The translations under genes were made by a program, and so were the position numbers. A stretch of DNA of 63,312 nucleotides, counting the filler, from Octopus bimaculoides (Eukaryota): the NCBI RefSeq assembly GCF_001194135.2. It is 9 parts of 7 records of this genome, joined end to end, with 100 filler letters (N's around TTAATTAATTAA, not from the genome) between each part and the next. Parts side by side here need not be neighbours in the genome. Positions count along the whole stretch, not along the records: positions 48,902 to 54,381 come from NC_068985.1; positions 54,482 to 55,929 come from NW_026376597.1; positions 56,030 to 63,312 come from NC_068982.1; 6 more parts are not named here. One strand, written 5' to 3'. Positions 52,551 through 63,312 of the stretch are shown here, piece after piece. Below the pieces are notes generated by a model. It was given only the letters and a program-made list of their open reading frames with translations. It was not told where the DNA came from and did no database searches. Each line of letters begins with the position of its first letter. Positions within the stretch are counted from its first letter, which is position 1.

Positions 52551-52769
52551 TATTCTTTTCTACATTAGGCACAAGGCCGGAAATTTTTTGGGGAGGGGCC
52601 AGTCGATTAGATCAACCCCAGTACGCAATTGGTACTTAATTTATCGACCCCGAAAGGATGAAAGGCAAAGTCAACCTCGGTGGAATTTGAACTCAGAACG
52701 TAAAGACAGACGAAATACCGCTAAGCATTTCACCCGGCGTGCTAACGATTCTGCCAGCTCGCCGCCTTA
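52551..52769 (-). mobile_element. SINE family E, full length, tail-to-tail with the previous copy
   Basis: Minus strand TAAGGCGGCGAGCTGGCAGAATCGTTAG...GACTTTGCCTTTCATCCTTTCGGGGTCGATAAATTAAGTACC (Deu/Nin-like domain). Confidence 0.9.
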
Positions 52770-52828
52770 TATAGACATATATATTCATCACAAACACACA
52801 CACATACATACAAACGTGTGTGTGTGTG

Positions 52829-52883
<55 letters not shown>

Positions 52884-53245
52884 AGAGAATCTAAGGGAGC
52901 TACAAACAACACATACAGTCTTCATCCTGTGTTTATAAGAGTAGTGCAACTGTAACAATCAGCGTGCGAAAGCTAAGTTATGTTGGATAGAAGGAGGGAA
53001 AAATAGGTGGAGTCTATTTATATAACGAGTGAAGCAAGCGTGCCATACAAGTTTGGCTAAACGAGACAACATAGAAACTGCTAGTTATGCGTGGCCTCTA
53101 TCTATATTTATTATGGAAGCCCCAAAATATTCAGAATGTGGTGAAAATGTTATTGGGTAAAATCTAATTCACTGAAAAAAAAAAAGACATTTTCAAGGAA
53201 ATTGAATTGTTAATAAAGTAATAGAGATTAAATACCGTTCTTTAT

Positions 53246-53302
<57 letters not shown>

Positions 53303-53458
53303 TACAGAAATGTATATAATATTATGTGTGTGTGTGTGTGTGTGTGCGTGTGTGCGTGTGTGTGTGCATACAGACCATGCTGTTTAAAAGGAAACATCCA
53401 GTAATTCCTAGCGAACAGAACCAGAGAAGATATGGGCATACAAACTTACATAGATGCT

Positions 53459-53493
<35 letters not shown>

Positions 53494-53494
53494 G

Positions 53495-53719
53495 CAGTAA
53501 TCACTCGCTATATCGCGGTTCACTTATCGCGGTTTATTATTTAAGCTTAAGTCGATTCCTCTGTGGTTTTGCTTTGCATTTATACTAAAATAAATATGTA
53601 CAAATAATAAAAATAAAATAAAAATATACATACAGTACTGTACTGTTTCTACTTCGCGGATTTTCACCTATCGCGGAAGGTTTTGGAACGTAACACCCGC
53701 GATAGACGAAGGATTACAG
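53495..53719. mobile_element. pogo/Tigger-type MITE
   Basis: TIRs CAGTAATCACTCGCTATATCGCGG and CCGCGATAGACGAAGGATTACAG. Confidence 0.8.
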
Positions 53720-54079
53720 AATGTACATATGTATGTATGTGTACATATATACTGAAATATAAAAAAAACTGTATATGTGTGTGAATGTATATATATATGG
53801 ACGTACACATGCATGTATATTGATACATACATATATAAACATATGCATACATATGAAATATTCACATTCTGTATATGCCAAAATATACATTGTATATTAT
53901 ATTTTTCTTACGATTTTTTCCTCTAGCGTTTTGCGAATATATACATGACGATACATCTGTGAGTCTATGTATGTATGTGTGTGTGTGTGTGTGTCTGTGT
54001 GTGTGTGAGTGTCTGACTGTCTGTATTAATATGGTGTGTGTATGCACGCACGCGCGCGCGCACACACATAGCAACGTGA

Positions 54080-54180
54080 AATGAAGTGTTTTGTTCAAAA
54101 ACATAAAGCACTACTTGTATGGGAATCGAAACTACGATCTTGCGATCGTGAATGAGACTCCGTTACCACTAAGCAATGCG
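54080..54180 (-). mobile_element. SINE family C/D head fragment
   Basis: GGGAATCGAAACTACGATC...ACCACTAAGC is the reverse complement of a tRNA-like head. Confidence 0.6.
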
Positions 54181-54323
54181 TCATCACACAAAATATAGTG
54201 CCCACCCCGTTTGTTGTTTACACACCTGTCTTCGTCTTTTTTTCTTTTTCTTTTGTAAATTCCAACTATATATATACACACACACATTCATGGGTAGGCA
54301 TGTATGTATAATATGTATGTATG

Positions 54324-54381
<58 letters not shown>

Positions 54382-54481
54382 NNNNNNNNNNNNNNNNNNN
54401 NNNNNNNNNNNNNNNNNNNNNNNNNTTAATTAATTAANNNNNNNNNNNNNNNNNNNNNNNNNNNNNNNNNNNNNNNNNNNN

Positions 54482-54513
<32 letters not shown>

Positions 54514-55059
54514 ATATGTACATATGTACATACATATGTATGTGTGTATGCATGTATTTATGTATGTATGCAAGAGAATGGAACGTGCGATTAGATATAT
54601 TATAGACAGAACATGAATTGTTATGTTAAGTATTGTATATAAACATACATAAGAACTATATGTTACAGGAAACAAACATTTAACAAAAAAAAACTTAAAT
54701 AATACTAACAATAACAAAAAAAGAAGTACATGCTCTAAATTGTCGTTTCACACCGGAAAAAAAAAACAGGCAGGTTTTAATTATAAGGATTAGGAAGGAG
54801 GACTTTGTTGAATAATAGAAGTTTATTGTAAAGGACTTTAATATCCGATTGATAGTAAAGTAAGGCCGGAGGTAAAATTTTACTCATTGTTAACTATAAA
54901 AACAATAAGCCCTGCAGTTTGACATGTTAAAAAAATTAGATCATGAATTAAAAAAAATTTTTCTGTATTTTTATTTGGAGATTTTCAAATAAACTAATTG
55001 CTATAATACGTTTAAACCTAATTGTTGCTATTAAAACAACTATCATTGTTATTGTCTCT

Positions 55060-55336
<277 letters not shown>

Positions 55337-56100
55337 GTAATCAATGCCCTGATGCAGTATCAGAGAGTAACTCTCTGACCATAACTGGCTGGAAGTTTTA
55401 TCATGTACATTGTTTTGTCTTGGCATAAAAGGTGGGCTGCAACAAATATTCTGCTCAATACCACAGATTTGCTTGTCATTTAAACCTTAATCAATTGAGT
55501 ATGTCACTTAGTAGCTGACGATATGTGCATCTCAGAAGTAGTGGGGGAGCATCATTGCCATGTGTTGAGAGGAATTCTTTGGGGTTTGGATGATTCACCT
55601 TTGGAAACATGGGGGCTTCGTTCAACATCCTTAAATAATCTTTATTCAGGGACCATTTGAGCGAGATAGGCTACTTGACCTGAAGAAAATTCTAACTGGG
55701 CCTCACCTGCAAGGTCATGCGCTGTTTGTCTTTATATAATATCACCATGTCGCGCACATGTGTTTGTGATGCATGTGCCTGGTGAACCCTTATCAAACGG
55801 GTAGCCATGATGGGTATACTGGGCTTCATATATTTTACCCTAGTGTCACTTTAATGGCATAGCGGCGAAAGAATTTGATAAGATCACTAAATATAAAGAC
55901 TTGCTAATAGAAATTGAAAAAATGTGGCANNNNNNNNNNNNNNNNNNNNNNNNNNNNNNNNNNNNNNNNNNNNTTAATTAATTAANNNNNNNNNNNNNNN
56001 NNNNNNNNNNNNNNNNNNNNNNNNNNNNNAACTACTTGGCAGAATTGTTAATTATTAATTCTATTATTAATTGACGATTCTCTGCCCTTATTCTTGTATA

Positions 56101-56141
<41 letters not shown>

Positions 56142-56147
56142 CATACA

Positions 56148-56323
56148 TACATGATGATGATGATGGCCGTCCACTCGTGAACGAGGAAGACCATTGCCGA
56201 CCTTCAGGAACATTCTGCGCTCTAGTACTAACTTACATTTTGCATTTACGGCTCCGTTGGTGGCTAATGAGCCCTGCTCTTGACAAGCATACACGACTGC
56301 AAACATTGCATACATTGCATATG
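56148..56323 (-). mobile_element. RTE-clade LINE extreme 3' end with single zinc-finger-like motif and (CAT)n tail
   Basis: CNVCSRVCLSRAGLISHQRSRKCKM*, then AATGGTCTTCCTCGTTCACGAGTGGACGGC and (CAT)n. Confidence 0.8.
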
Positions 56324-56351
56324 ACGGGCTCCTTTCATTTTCCGTCTCTCT

Positions 56352-56756
56352 TTTACTTGTTTCAGTCATTTGACTGTGGCCATGCTGGAGCACGCCTTTA
56401 GTCGAAGAAATCGACCCCAGGACTCATTCTTTGTAAGGCTAGTACTTATTCTATCGGTTTCTTTTGCCGAACCGCTAGGTTACGGGGACGTAAACACACC
56501 AGCATCGGTTGTCAAGCGATGTTGGTGGGAAAAACACAGACACACAAACATATATACACACATACACACACATATATATATATACACATATATACGACGG
56601 GCTTCTTTCAGTTTCCGTCTACCAAATTCACTCACAAGGCTTTGGTCGATCCGAGACTATAGTAGAAGACGCTTGCCCAAGGTGCCACGCAGTGGGACTG
56701 AACCCAGAACCATGTGGTTGGTAAGCAAGCTACTTACCACACAGCCACTCCTGCGT
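56352..56756 (-). mobile_element. SINE family A, full length, little diverged
   Basis: Close match to other family A heads and tails. Confidence 0.93.
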
Positions 56757-57354
56757 CTATAAAATCCACTCATGATTCTTTGTCTCAATCCTTCCAGTCG
56801 TGACCATCGTCAGCTTACGTTTTGTTTGTGATTTTTTTCCATTAAAGATTGTTGGCTTATCGTTTGAGAATTTTTCGGTATTTCTACCTGATCGGTTAAC
56901 GGTATCGAAAGTCCTTACTTTGTGACATTGATAATGGTGATGTTAGTGACAAATGTGCTCTCAAGTGGTTGTTGTTTAGTCGTAGTAGTTGTTGCCATTA
57001 TCATCGTCGTCGTCGTTGTAGTATCCTTTTTTCAGCAAAGGGTGACGATGAGAGGTGATAACAGACAACCGGAGTAATTGTTTTCATCGTCTACAAAACC
57101 CTACTCACCAAACACAACGCCCCCCACACACACACACACACTAATACATGCACCCACCCTCACTCATACCTGCACTTGTAACCTTGCAACCCGTACTTCT
57201 TAATGGGTCTTCACCTCGCAAGCATCTAGCCCTTTTCATTTACTCTTAAAACTCCTACGTCACAGACGTTCATCAGATAACAAGTCAGGCCCCTTTCCAT
57301 GTATCAATAGGGTCTATTTTTTCTGTTCTTCCTTCCCTACCCTCCTCCACCCCT

Positions 57355-57530
57355 TCGTCATCATCATCATCATCATCTTCTTTTTCTTCTTCTTCTTCTT
57401 CTTCTTCTTCTTCTTTTCTTCTTCTTCTTCATCATCATCATCGTCATCTTCATCATCCTCATCATCTTCTCCGTCTTCATCATCATCATCTTCTACTTCT
57501 TCTTCTTCTTCTTTTTCTTCTTCTTTCTTC
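57355..57530. repeat. (CAT)n/(CTT)n trinucleotide field
   Basis: Directly visible. Confidence 0.95.
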
Positions 57531-58970
57531 ACGATAGTTTCCCCTTCTTTGTTTTTCTTTACCACCTTTTTCTCCAACACCACCACTTCATCTACTTCAC
57601 TTCCTTCTTCTACTCCCATTCTATACCTTTCTATCCCATACCTTTCCTCTTCCACTCTCTCTTCAATATCCCACTCCCACTCTCCTCATCTGCCTAACCT
57701 CATCTTTATCTACCAAGTCATCAATTCACAGCATCAATAACTCCCTCATGACTTCTCTGTCAGCCAGTCATTCCTTTACTTTCATAACCTCATGTCCTTC
57801 TTTCTCACTTCCTCATACTTCCTATTGATTTAGTTCTCTGTTCTTTGTATTTTAAAATACATTTTTAACGATTCCTTTCCCATTTAATAGTCTTTCTCAT
57901 ATTAATAATTCTTCATCCTTTGGATTCGGTATCGGTGTTATTTTGGTTATAATTGTTTAACCTTGTTGTTATTGCAGTTGTTATCGTCCCTGAAAAGATG
58001 AAAATCAAAGTTGATCTCGGCGGAGGTCCAGCTTCATTTTCATTGTTACGACCAGAATTTCTTCGGAAACCCTTGTCTTTCATAAACTGAGGTGACGTAA
58101 CGTTCGTCACCAACGTCACCACCACCACTATTATTATTTTTCGACATCTGATAATTTCAAGCAACTTTCTACTGCACCATTTGTTGTACCTTCGTGCTGG
58201 TGGGGTGGTGTGGGCTGCATTTTTCTGAGGGGCAGGGATATTGTATCTGTAGGTTTTTTTTTTTTTTAGTCTTCAGTTGTGTAAGATTTTGTTTTGTGTG
58301 TTATTTGTGCAGCGTAGATTGTGTTCTTCTCTTGAGCATCGGCTTTCTATGGCACATGTTTTAGGCTTTGTTCATTTTGTTAGGTATTTACGGTATGAGT
58401 TTATTCCTGTATGCTTTTGGAGCAGTGTTGCATAGTAGTGTGTGTAAGTCATAAATAAACTATTTCATAGTATTTATGCTTATCTGTCCACCGTTCTTTC
58501 GCTTTTTGTTGGTTTCGTTATGGATTCGTTTTTATAGTATTTACTCTTTTAAGTGAACACTGCCCATGGACGTGTGTTGACGTTTCTTTCGTAATTATAA
58601 TTATTATTGATGTATCATCGAGAGACAGAGAAGAAACAGCAATGTGCATTAAAAGAGAGGTTTTGTATAAATATGGATGTATATGTAATTAAATTTTTAA
58701 AATTTTACTCACAGGTTTGCAGTTTTCGTATAGAAATATTGCAGTGTTTACATTTTTACGCACATGCTATTGTCTGAGGGGTAACTATTAGTTTTGAATC
58801 TTCTCTATTATTGAATATATAGTTGGTTATCTCAAAACACAAAAGAATTATTTGGGAGCATAGAACACAATAGATTACGGGGCTATAATAGAACTGTATT
58901 ATAGTAAAAACTCGATGAATACCATTCAATGTGAGGCACAGTAAATTGATAAGTGGATGAATGTATTTGA

Positions 58971-59300
58971 AGGCGGAAGGCTCAGTGGTTAGAGCGTCGA
59001 GCTAGTAAGTTTTAGATCGTCAGGTCGTGAGTTCTATTCCTGGACCGTGTTGTATGTTGTGTTCTTGGGCTAGATGCGTTGTTCCAGTTAACTCAGCTGT
59101 AGAAATGGGTTGCGACGTCACTGGCACCAAGCTGTATCAGCCTTTGCCTTTCCCTTGGATAATATCAGTGGCGTGGAGAGGGGAGGTTAGTATGCATGGG
59201 TGACTGCTGGTTTGCCATAAACAGCCTTGCACGGACTTGTGCCTAAGAGGGGAACTTTCTAGGTGCAATCATGGTGATTCATGACCGAAGCAGGTCTCTA
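58971..59300 (+). mobile_element. SINE family D
   Basis: Homologous to 38122-38460. Confidence 0.85.
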
Positions 59301-60075
59301 CTCTTTCATATGTATACATGAATAAATATATGCGTGTGTGTGTGTGTGTGTGTGTGTGGTGTGCGTTTGTGTATTCGCGCACGTGTGTGTTTGTGTCTGT
59401 GCCTGCGTGTGTTTGTGTGTATTTCTATTAGAAATAGAAGCAGAGCTACAGTACTGGCTTTGGATGGTTATTCATCTACTTTACCTTCTTGATTTTATTA
59501 ATCTTTCACCATTCTGCTTGCATCCACAACTTTCCTCTTTTTCTTTTTCTATATACTTTTCGCTATGTGTGTCAGTTTAATGCAACGCTAATCTCATGAT
59601 TTTCTGCAACACGAATCATACGACTTGGAGATGAGATTTAAAGATTGTACAAACTTGTCGTATTCTTACACATTATAGTGACTGATAAAGAGAATGCATG
59701 TTAATATTCCCTTGGGATCCAAATTTAGCAGTATATAATTGTGCCAACAGTCATAGGGGAAAGGCTATCGGTATAATGCGGCGAACATTTTATAGGTTTA
59801 TCAAAATGTTTTTCACTTTAATGTCAGTGAGGTTTTTTGTTGTTGTTGTACCAAATATGCTATTTTTTTCATTACAGTTTATTTCAAATTAATGTGAATT
59901 GATAACTTCTTTAATTGAACAACCTGATGAACTTAGTAATAATTCTTTCAGTTATTAGTCACCAAGGGCTGATATTTACATACTTCAACGGTGTAAAAAA
60001 CGTGGGTTTATAGAACGTGTAGGGCTAAACAAAAACAGTAACATAAAAATGTTGGGTGCTTTAGGACGTTATATA

Positions 60076-60298
60076 CAGTAATCCCACGCCATATTGCAGT
60101 TCCCCTATCACGCACTCAGTACATCGCGGTTCACCTATCGCGCACTCAGTACATCGCGGATTTTTTCTGGCTGATATATGTAAATATATATCGCTGACTC
60201 ATCAGTATATCCGGGTTTCTGCGACCGATAGGTATTTATAGTTTTTTTTAGATTTTAATTTTTGGAATGTAACACCCGAGACATTCGAGGGATTACTG
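60076..60298. mobile_element. pogo/Tigger-type MITE with TA target-site duplication
   Basis: TA|CAGTAATCCC...GAGGGATTACTG|TA; internal ~25-bp tandem duplication CTATC.CGCACTCAGTACATCGCGG. Confidence 0.88.
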
Positions 60299-60444
60299 TA
60301 TTGCATAAAAATTTATTACGAGTTTGGTACATAGAAATATAGAGGATAAACATGTATGTATATATGTATTATGTATGTGTGTATGTATATATGCTTGTAT
60401 ACGTGTATGTACGTATGTAAGTACAGTTATCTTTATCCTTTATG

Positions 60445-60590
60445 TTTTACTTGTTTCAGTCATTAGACCGCGGCCATGTTGGGGCACCGCCTTGAATTTT
60501 TAGTCGAATGAATTGGCTTATTTCTTAAGATGGTACTTATTCTATCTGTGTTTTTTGTCAAACCGCTACGTTATGGGAACGCGAACGCTA
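60445..60590 (-). mobile_element. SINE family A tail fragment
   Basis: TTTTACTTGTTTCAGTCATTAGACCGCGGCCATG. Confidence 0.8.
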
Positions 60591-61253
60591 CTGCTGCTGC
60601 TGCTGCTGCTGTAGTTGCTGTTCTTGCGGAGTAGACCGTTATGTAGTGGCATATTGTACTGACTTCTGTTGCCAGTAGAAAACACTTGTGTGGCTAGTGC
60701 TACCACATGTGTGACAACTGAGCAATGGTCACACATCTACACTAGCCCTATCATTAGCAACTCCAGTGACACAAAAGTATCAAAGGTAGTCAAAGAACCG
60801 GGTAATAACTCAAATCTGCAGAAAGATATGAGTCAAAATACATGTGGGAAAACAACATGCATTTCGAAGCTGAAAACCTTTAAGTCCTTCGCTAACAAAT
60901 CACACAGAGATTTCTGTCAGAATATACAGGATCAGAGGATGTTGCAATCCTGGATTCAGTGACACATTCGTGGAAACCAAATGAGTAGTGATGTAGACGA
61001 CTGGTTAGAAAGTGACGTTTCATAGCAAGCAAAAATGTATGTTGGTTCTATGTAGAATATTGGTTTTCATTCGCCTGCGCAACTACTTTTAATTATGGTC
61101 CCCACATACCATTAAACAAACAGCGGGGCTTCAGGCAACCCAAAGGTATTGTACCAAGAAAATTGCTTCAGTGTAACAGATAAGCAGCTGAGAGTGGCTA
61201 AGAACTGAGACTCTTCTCCCTGCAACGATGACGCGAAAGAACTGCAATGATAC

Positions 61254-61307
<54 letters not shown>

Positions 61308-61896
61308 NNNNNNNNNNNNNNNNNNNNNNNNNNNNNNNNNNNNNNNNNNNNNNNNNNNNNNNNNNNNNNNNNNNNNNNNNNNNNNNNNNNNNNNNNNNNN
61401 NNNNNNNNNNNNNNNNNNNNNNNNNNNNNNNNNNNNNNNNNNNNNNNNNNNNNNNNNNNNNNNNNNNNNNNNNNNNNNNNNNNNNNNNNNNNNNNNNNNN
61501 NNNNNNNNNNNNNNNNNNNNNNNNNNNNNNNNNNNNNNNNNNNNNNNNNNNNNNNNNNNNNNNNNNNNNNNNNNNNNNNNNNNNNNNNNNNNNNNNNNNN
61601 NNNNNNNNNNNNNNNNNNNNNNNNNNNNNNNNNNNNNNNNNNNNNNNNNNNNNNNNNNNNNNNNNNNNNNNNNNNNNNNNNNNNNNNNNNNNNNNNNNNN
61701 NNNNNNNNNNNNNNNNNNNNNNNNNNNNNNNNNNNNNNNNNNNNNNNNNNNNNNNNNNNNNNNNNNNNNNNNNNNNNNNNNNNNNNNNNNNNNNNNNNNN
61801 NNNNNNNNNNNNNNNNNNNNNNNNNNNNNNNNNNNNNNNNNNNNNNNNNNNNNNNNNNNNNNNNNNNNNNNNNNNNTGTGTGTGTGTGTGTGTGTA

Positions 61897-62495
61897 CTAG
61901 CAGCTATGCCCGGTTTCACCCGGTCGGTTTGGATGATGTGGATGTAAAACCTGCTCTGTGTAAGCATTCAACTTGTTTGGGCACGCTTAGGTTAAAAAAC
62001 AATTTTAGAATGACTTCTTTCTGTCAAAACGCTAAAAATAACTGACCAACACAAAAAAAACAACCAAGATTCAACCAAATCAAAAAATAAACACAAATAC
62101 TAAGCGAACAAAGATGAACCATCCCACTTTCATTGCGCGCGCGCGCACACACACATACACAAACACATACACACATTCACATACCCCTCCCCTTTCACAT
62201 ACACACATATATACACGCAGAGTTGAAAAGCTGTTTGATTTACTTTTTCAGCATACACTACTAAGTATGACATCACCTCTTCCTTCCTTATTCATCTATC
62301 TTCCTTTCTCATTCATAAACACAAGAGTATTATTATAGTAGATTATCTCGGTAATCATGGGAATGTGAAAAATACAAAGCCCGTCATCACCACCGGATCA
62401 TTCTTCACATCTGTGTAATTTTTCGCGCAATTCCACCCAGCCGTTTGACCGTGAATCCCAAGACAAGAAAGAATCGCCTATGTCAAATTTATATG
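61897..62495 (-). mobile_element. Non-autonomous Helitron-like element
   Basis: Minus-strand end CCGG-GTGAAA-CCGG hairpin, ~9 nt, CTAG|T (Helitron 3' signature); internal microsatellite; opposite end CCCAGCCGTTTGACCGTGAATCCC..AATTTATATGTAT resembles Lep1-like elements. Confidence 0.55.
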
Positions 62496-62499
62496 TATA

Positions 62500-62577
62500 C
62501 TAGCTGCTAAGCCCGGTTTCACTCGGTCTGTTTGGATGATGTGGCTGTGATCGTTTTCGGTTTGGCATAATCTATAA
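62500..62577 (-). mobile_element. Second Helitron-like 3' end, truncated
   Basis: CTAGCTGCTAAGCCCGGTTTCACTCGGTCTGTTTGGATGATGTGG is a direct repeat of 61897-61942. Confidence 0.6.
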
Positions 62578-62652
62578 CAGCGTTTCTCAACCTTATTATT
62601 TCGGGTCCCCTGTATCGATTGGAGCCTCCAGCTGTATAAAAATTTCCTGACT
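62578..62652 (+). mobile_element. Possible hAT (Charlie-like) terminus
   Basis: Begins CAGCGTTTCTCAACC. Confidence 0.35.
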
Positions 62653-62654
62653 CC

Positions 62655-63250
62655 ACCCCACTTGTCAGAAAACATGGGGGTGATTCTATCATGTCTGCCA
62701 GATGTCTGCCACAGGACCCGGAAAATGTTTTTATGTCAGGGAAGGATGAATTCATCTACTTATGTTTCTATATTATCGGATTGTTTTAGAGCCATCAATT
62801 GGTATATTGCATCCAGGAGTGTCGAAAAACTGTTATCTTTCAACAGGACAACTCTCCATGTCATACATCAAAGAATACTCGTCAATGGTTTAAGAGACAG
62901 GGTATTGTTCCCAAGGACTGGCCAGCTCAAATCTCGGTCTAAATCCAATCGAACACCTAAGGGGAACTCTTGGTGAAGCTATCAGGAACACAACAATTAA
63001 AAATAAAGAGCGTTTGTACCAAAAGTTGAGAGAAGAATGGAATAAAATTGTGCCTAGCACCTACAAAAAGCTAGTTGATTCAATGCCTAACCGTATAAAA
63101 GTGGTAAATGATGCTAAAGTGGGGTCAACCAGATATTAAAACTAATGTATATTTTGAAATATACCATAATCTACCATGTGCACGAGTTTCATTAACATTG
63201 AGATAGCAGAACTCCAAAACATTGGGGTGTCCTAATACTTTTCGGCAAGG

Positions 63251-63253
<3 letters not shown>
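62655..63253 (+). mobile_element. Tc1 (DD34E) transposon 3' half, pseudogene, with right TIR
   Basis: KHGG; FQQDNSPCHTSKNTRQWF...DWPAQ[SPD]LNPIEH with 34 residues D-to-E after correcting a 1-nt deletion; EEWNKI..LVDSMPNRI....K.GSTRY*; TIR GGGGTGTCCTAATACTTTTCGGCAAGGGTG|TA. Confidence 0.92.
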
Positions 63254-63288
<35 letters not shown>

Positions 63289-63312
63289 GTGTGTATGTAT
63301 GTATATATATAT

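Noticed and set aside
57314-57655. Acidic/lysine-rich ORF (poly-E/D/K/M)
   Set aside because: It is explained by (CAT)n/(CTT)n repeats; no splice or domain support
57913-58250. Short minus-strand ORFs (MQPTPPHQ..., MSKNNNSGGGDVGDE..., and the 83-aa track ORF)
   Set aside because: They are in different frames, each ends at a stop without a good donor, and none has a recognisable domain

Overview
This is an AT-rich, gapped eukaryotic draft-assembly window. It is most likely from a coleoid cephalopod (Octopus-like). That is an inference from the tRNA-derived SINE families, the extreme microsatellite load and the style of the N-gaps. I find no host protein-coding gene, rRNA, true tRNA or CRISPR array that I can support. 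Nearly all ORFs in the supplied track are translations of microsatellites, N-runs or antisense repeats. The recognisable content is a transposon graveyard: more than 25 copies or fragments of at least four tRNA-headed SINE families; several Penelope-like element (PLE) remnants with RT and GIY-YIG motifs; RTE-clade and CR1/L2/Jockey-like LINE 3' ends; a DD37D (maT) and a DD34E (Tc1) transposase relic; pogo/Tigger-type MITEs; Helitron-like ends; and a possible Gypsy remnant. The best leads are: (1) a head-to-head duplicated PLE 3' end in which each arm carries a tRNA-like Pol III box, with half a hammerhead-like motif beyond the left arm (8.6-9.6 kb); (2) an RTE LINE ending in three tandem C2H2-like fingers (15.5-16.1 kb); (3) unexplained near-perfect hairpins or foldbacks at 7.4, 11.3-12.2 and 36.0 kb; and (4) a ~145-160-bp tandem array with a polarity switch (24.8-25.6 kb). 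None amounts to a demonstrated new system. All motif matches are by eye, family names rest on recalled consensus motifs, no searches were run, and coordinates are approximate to about 10-20 bp unless stated.
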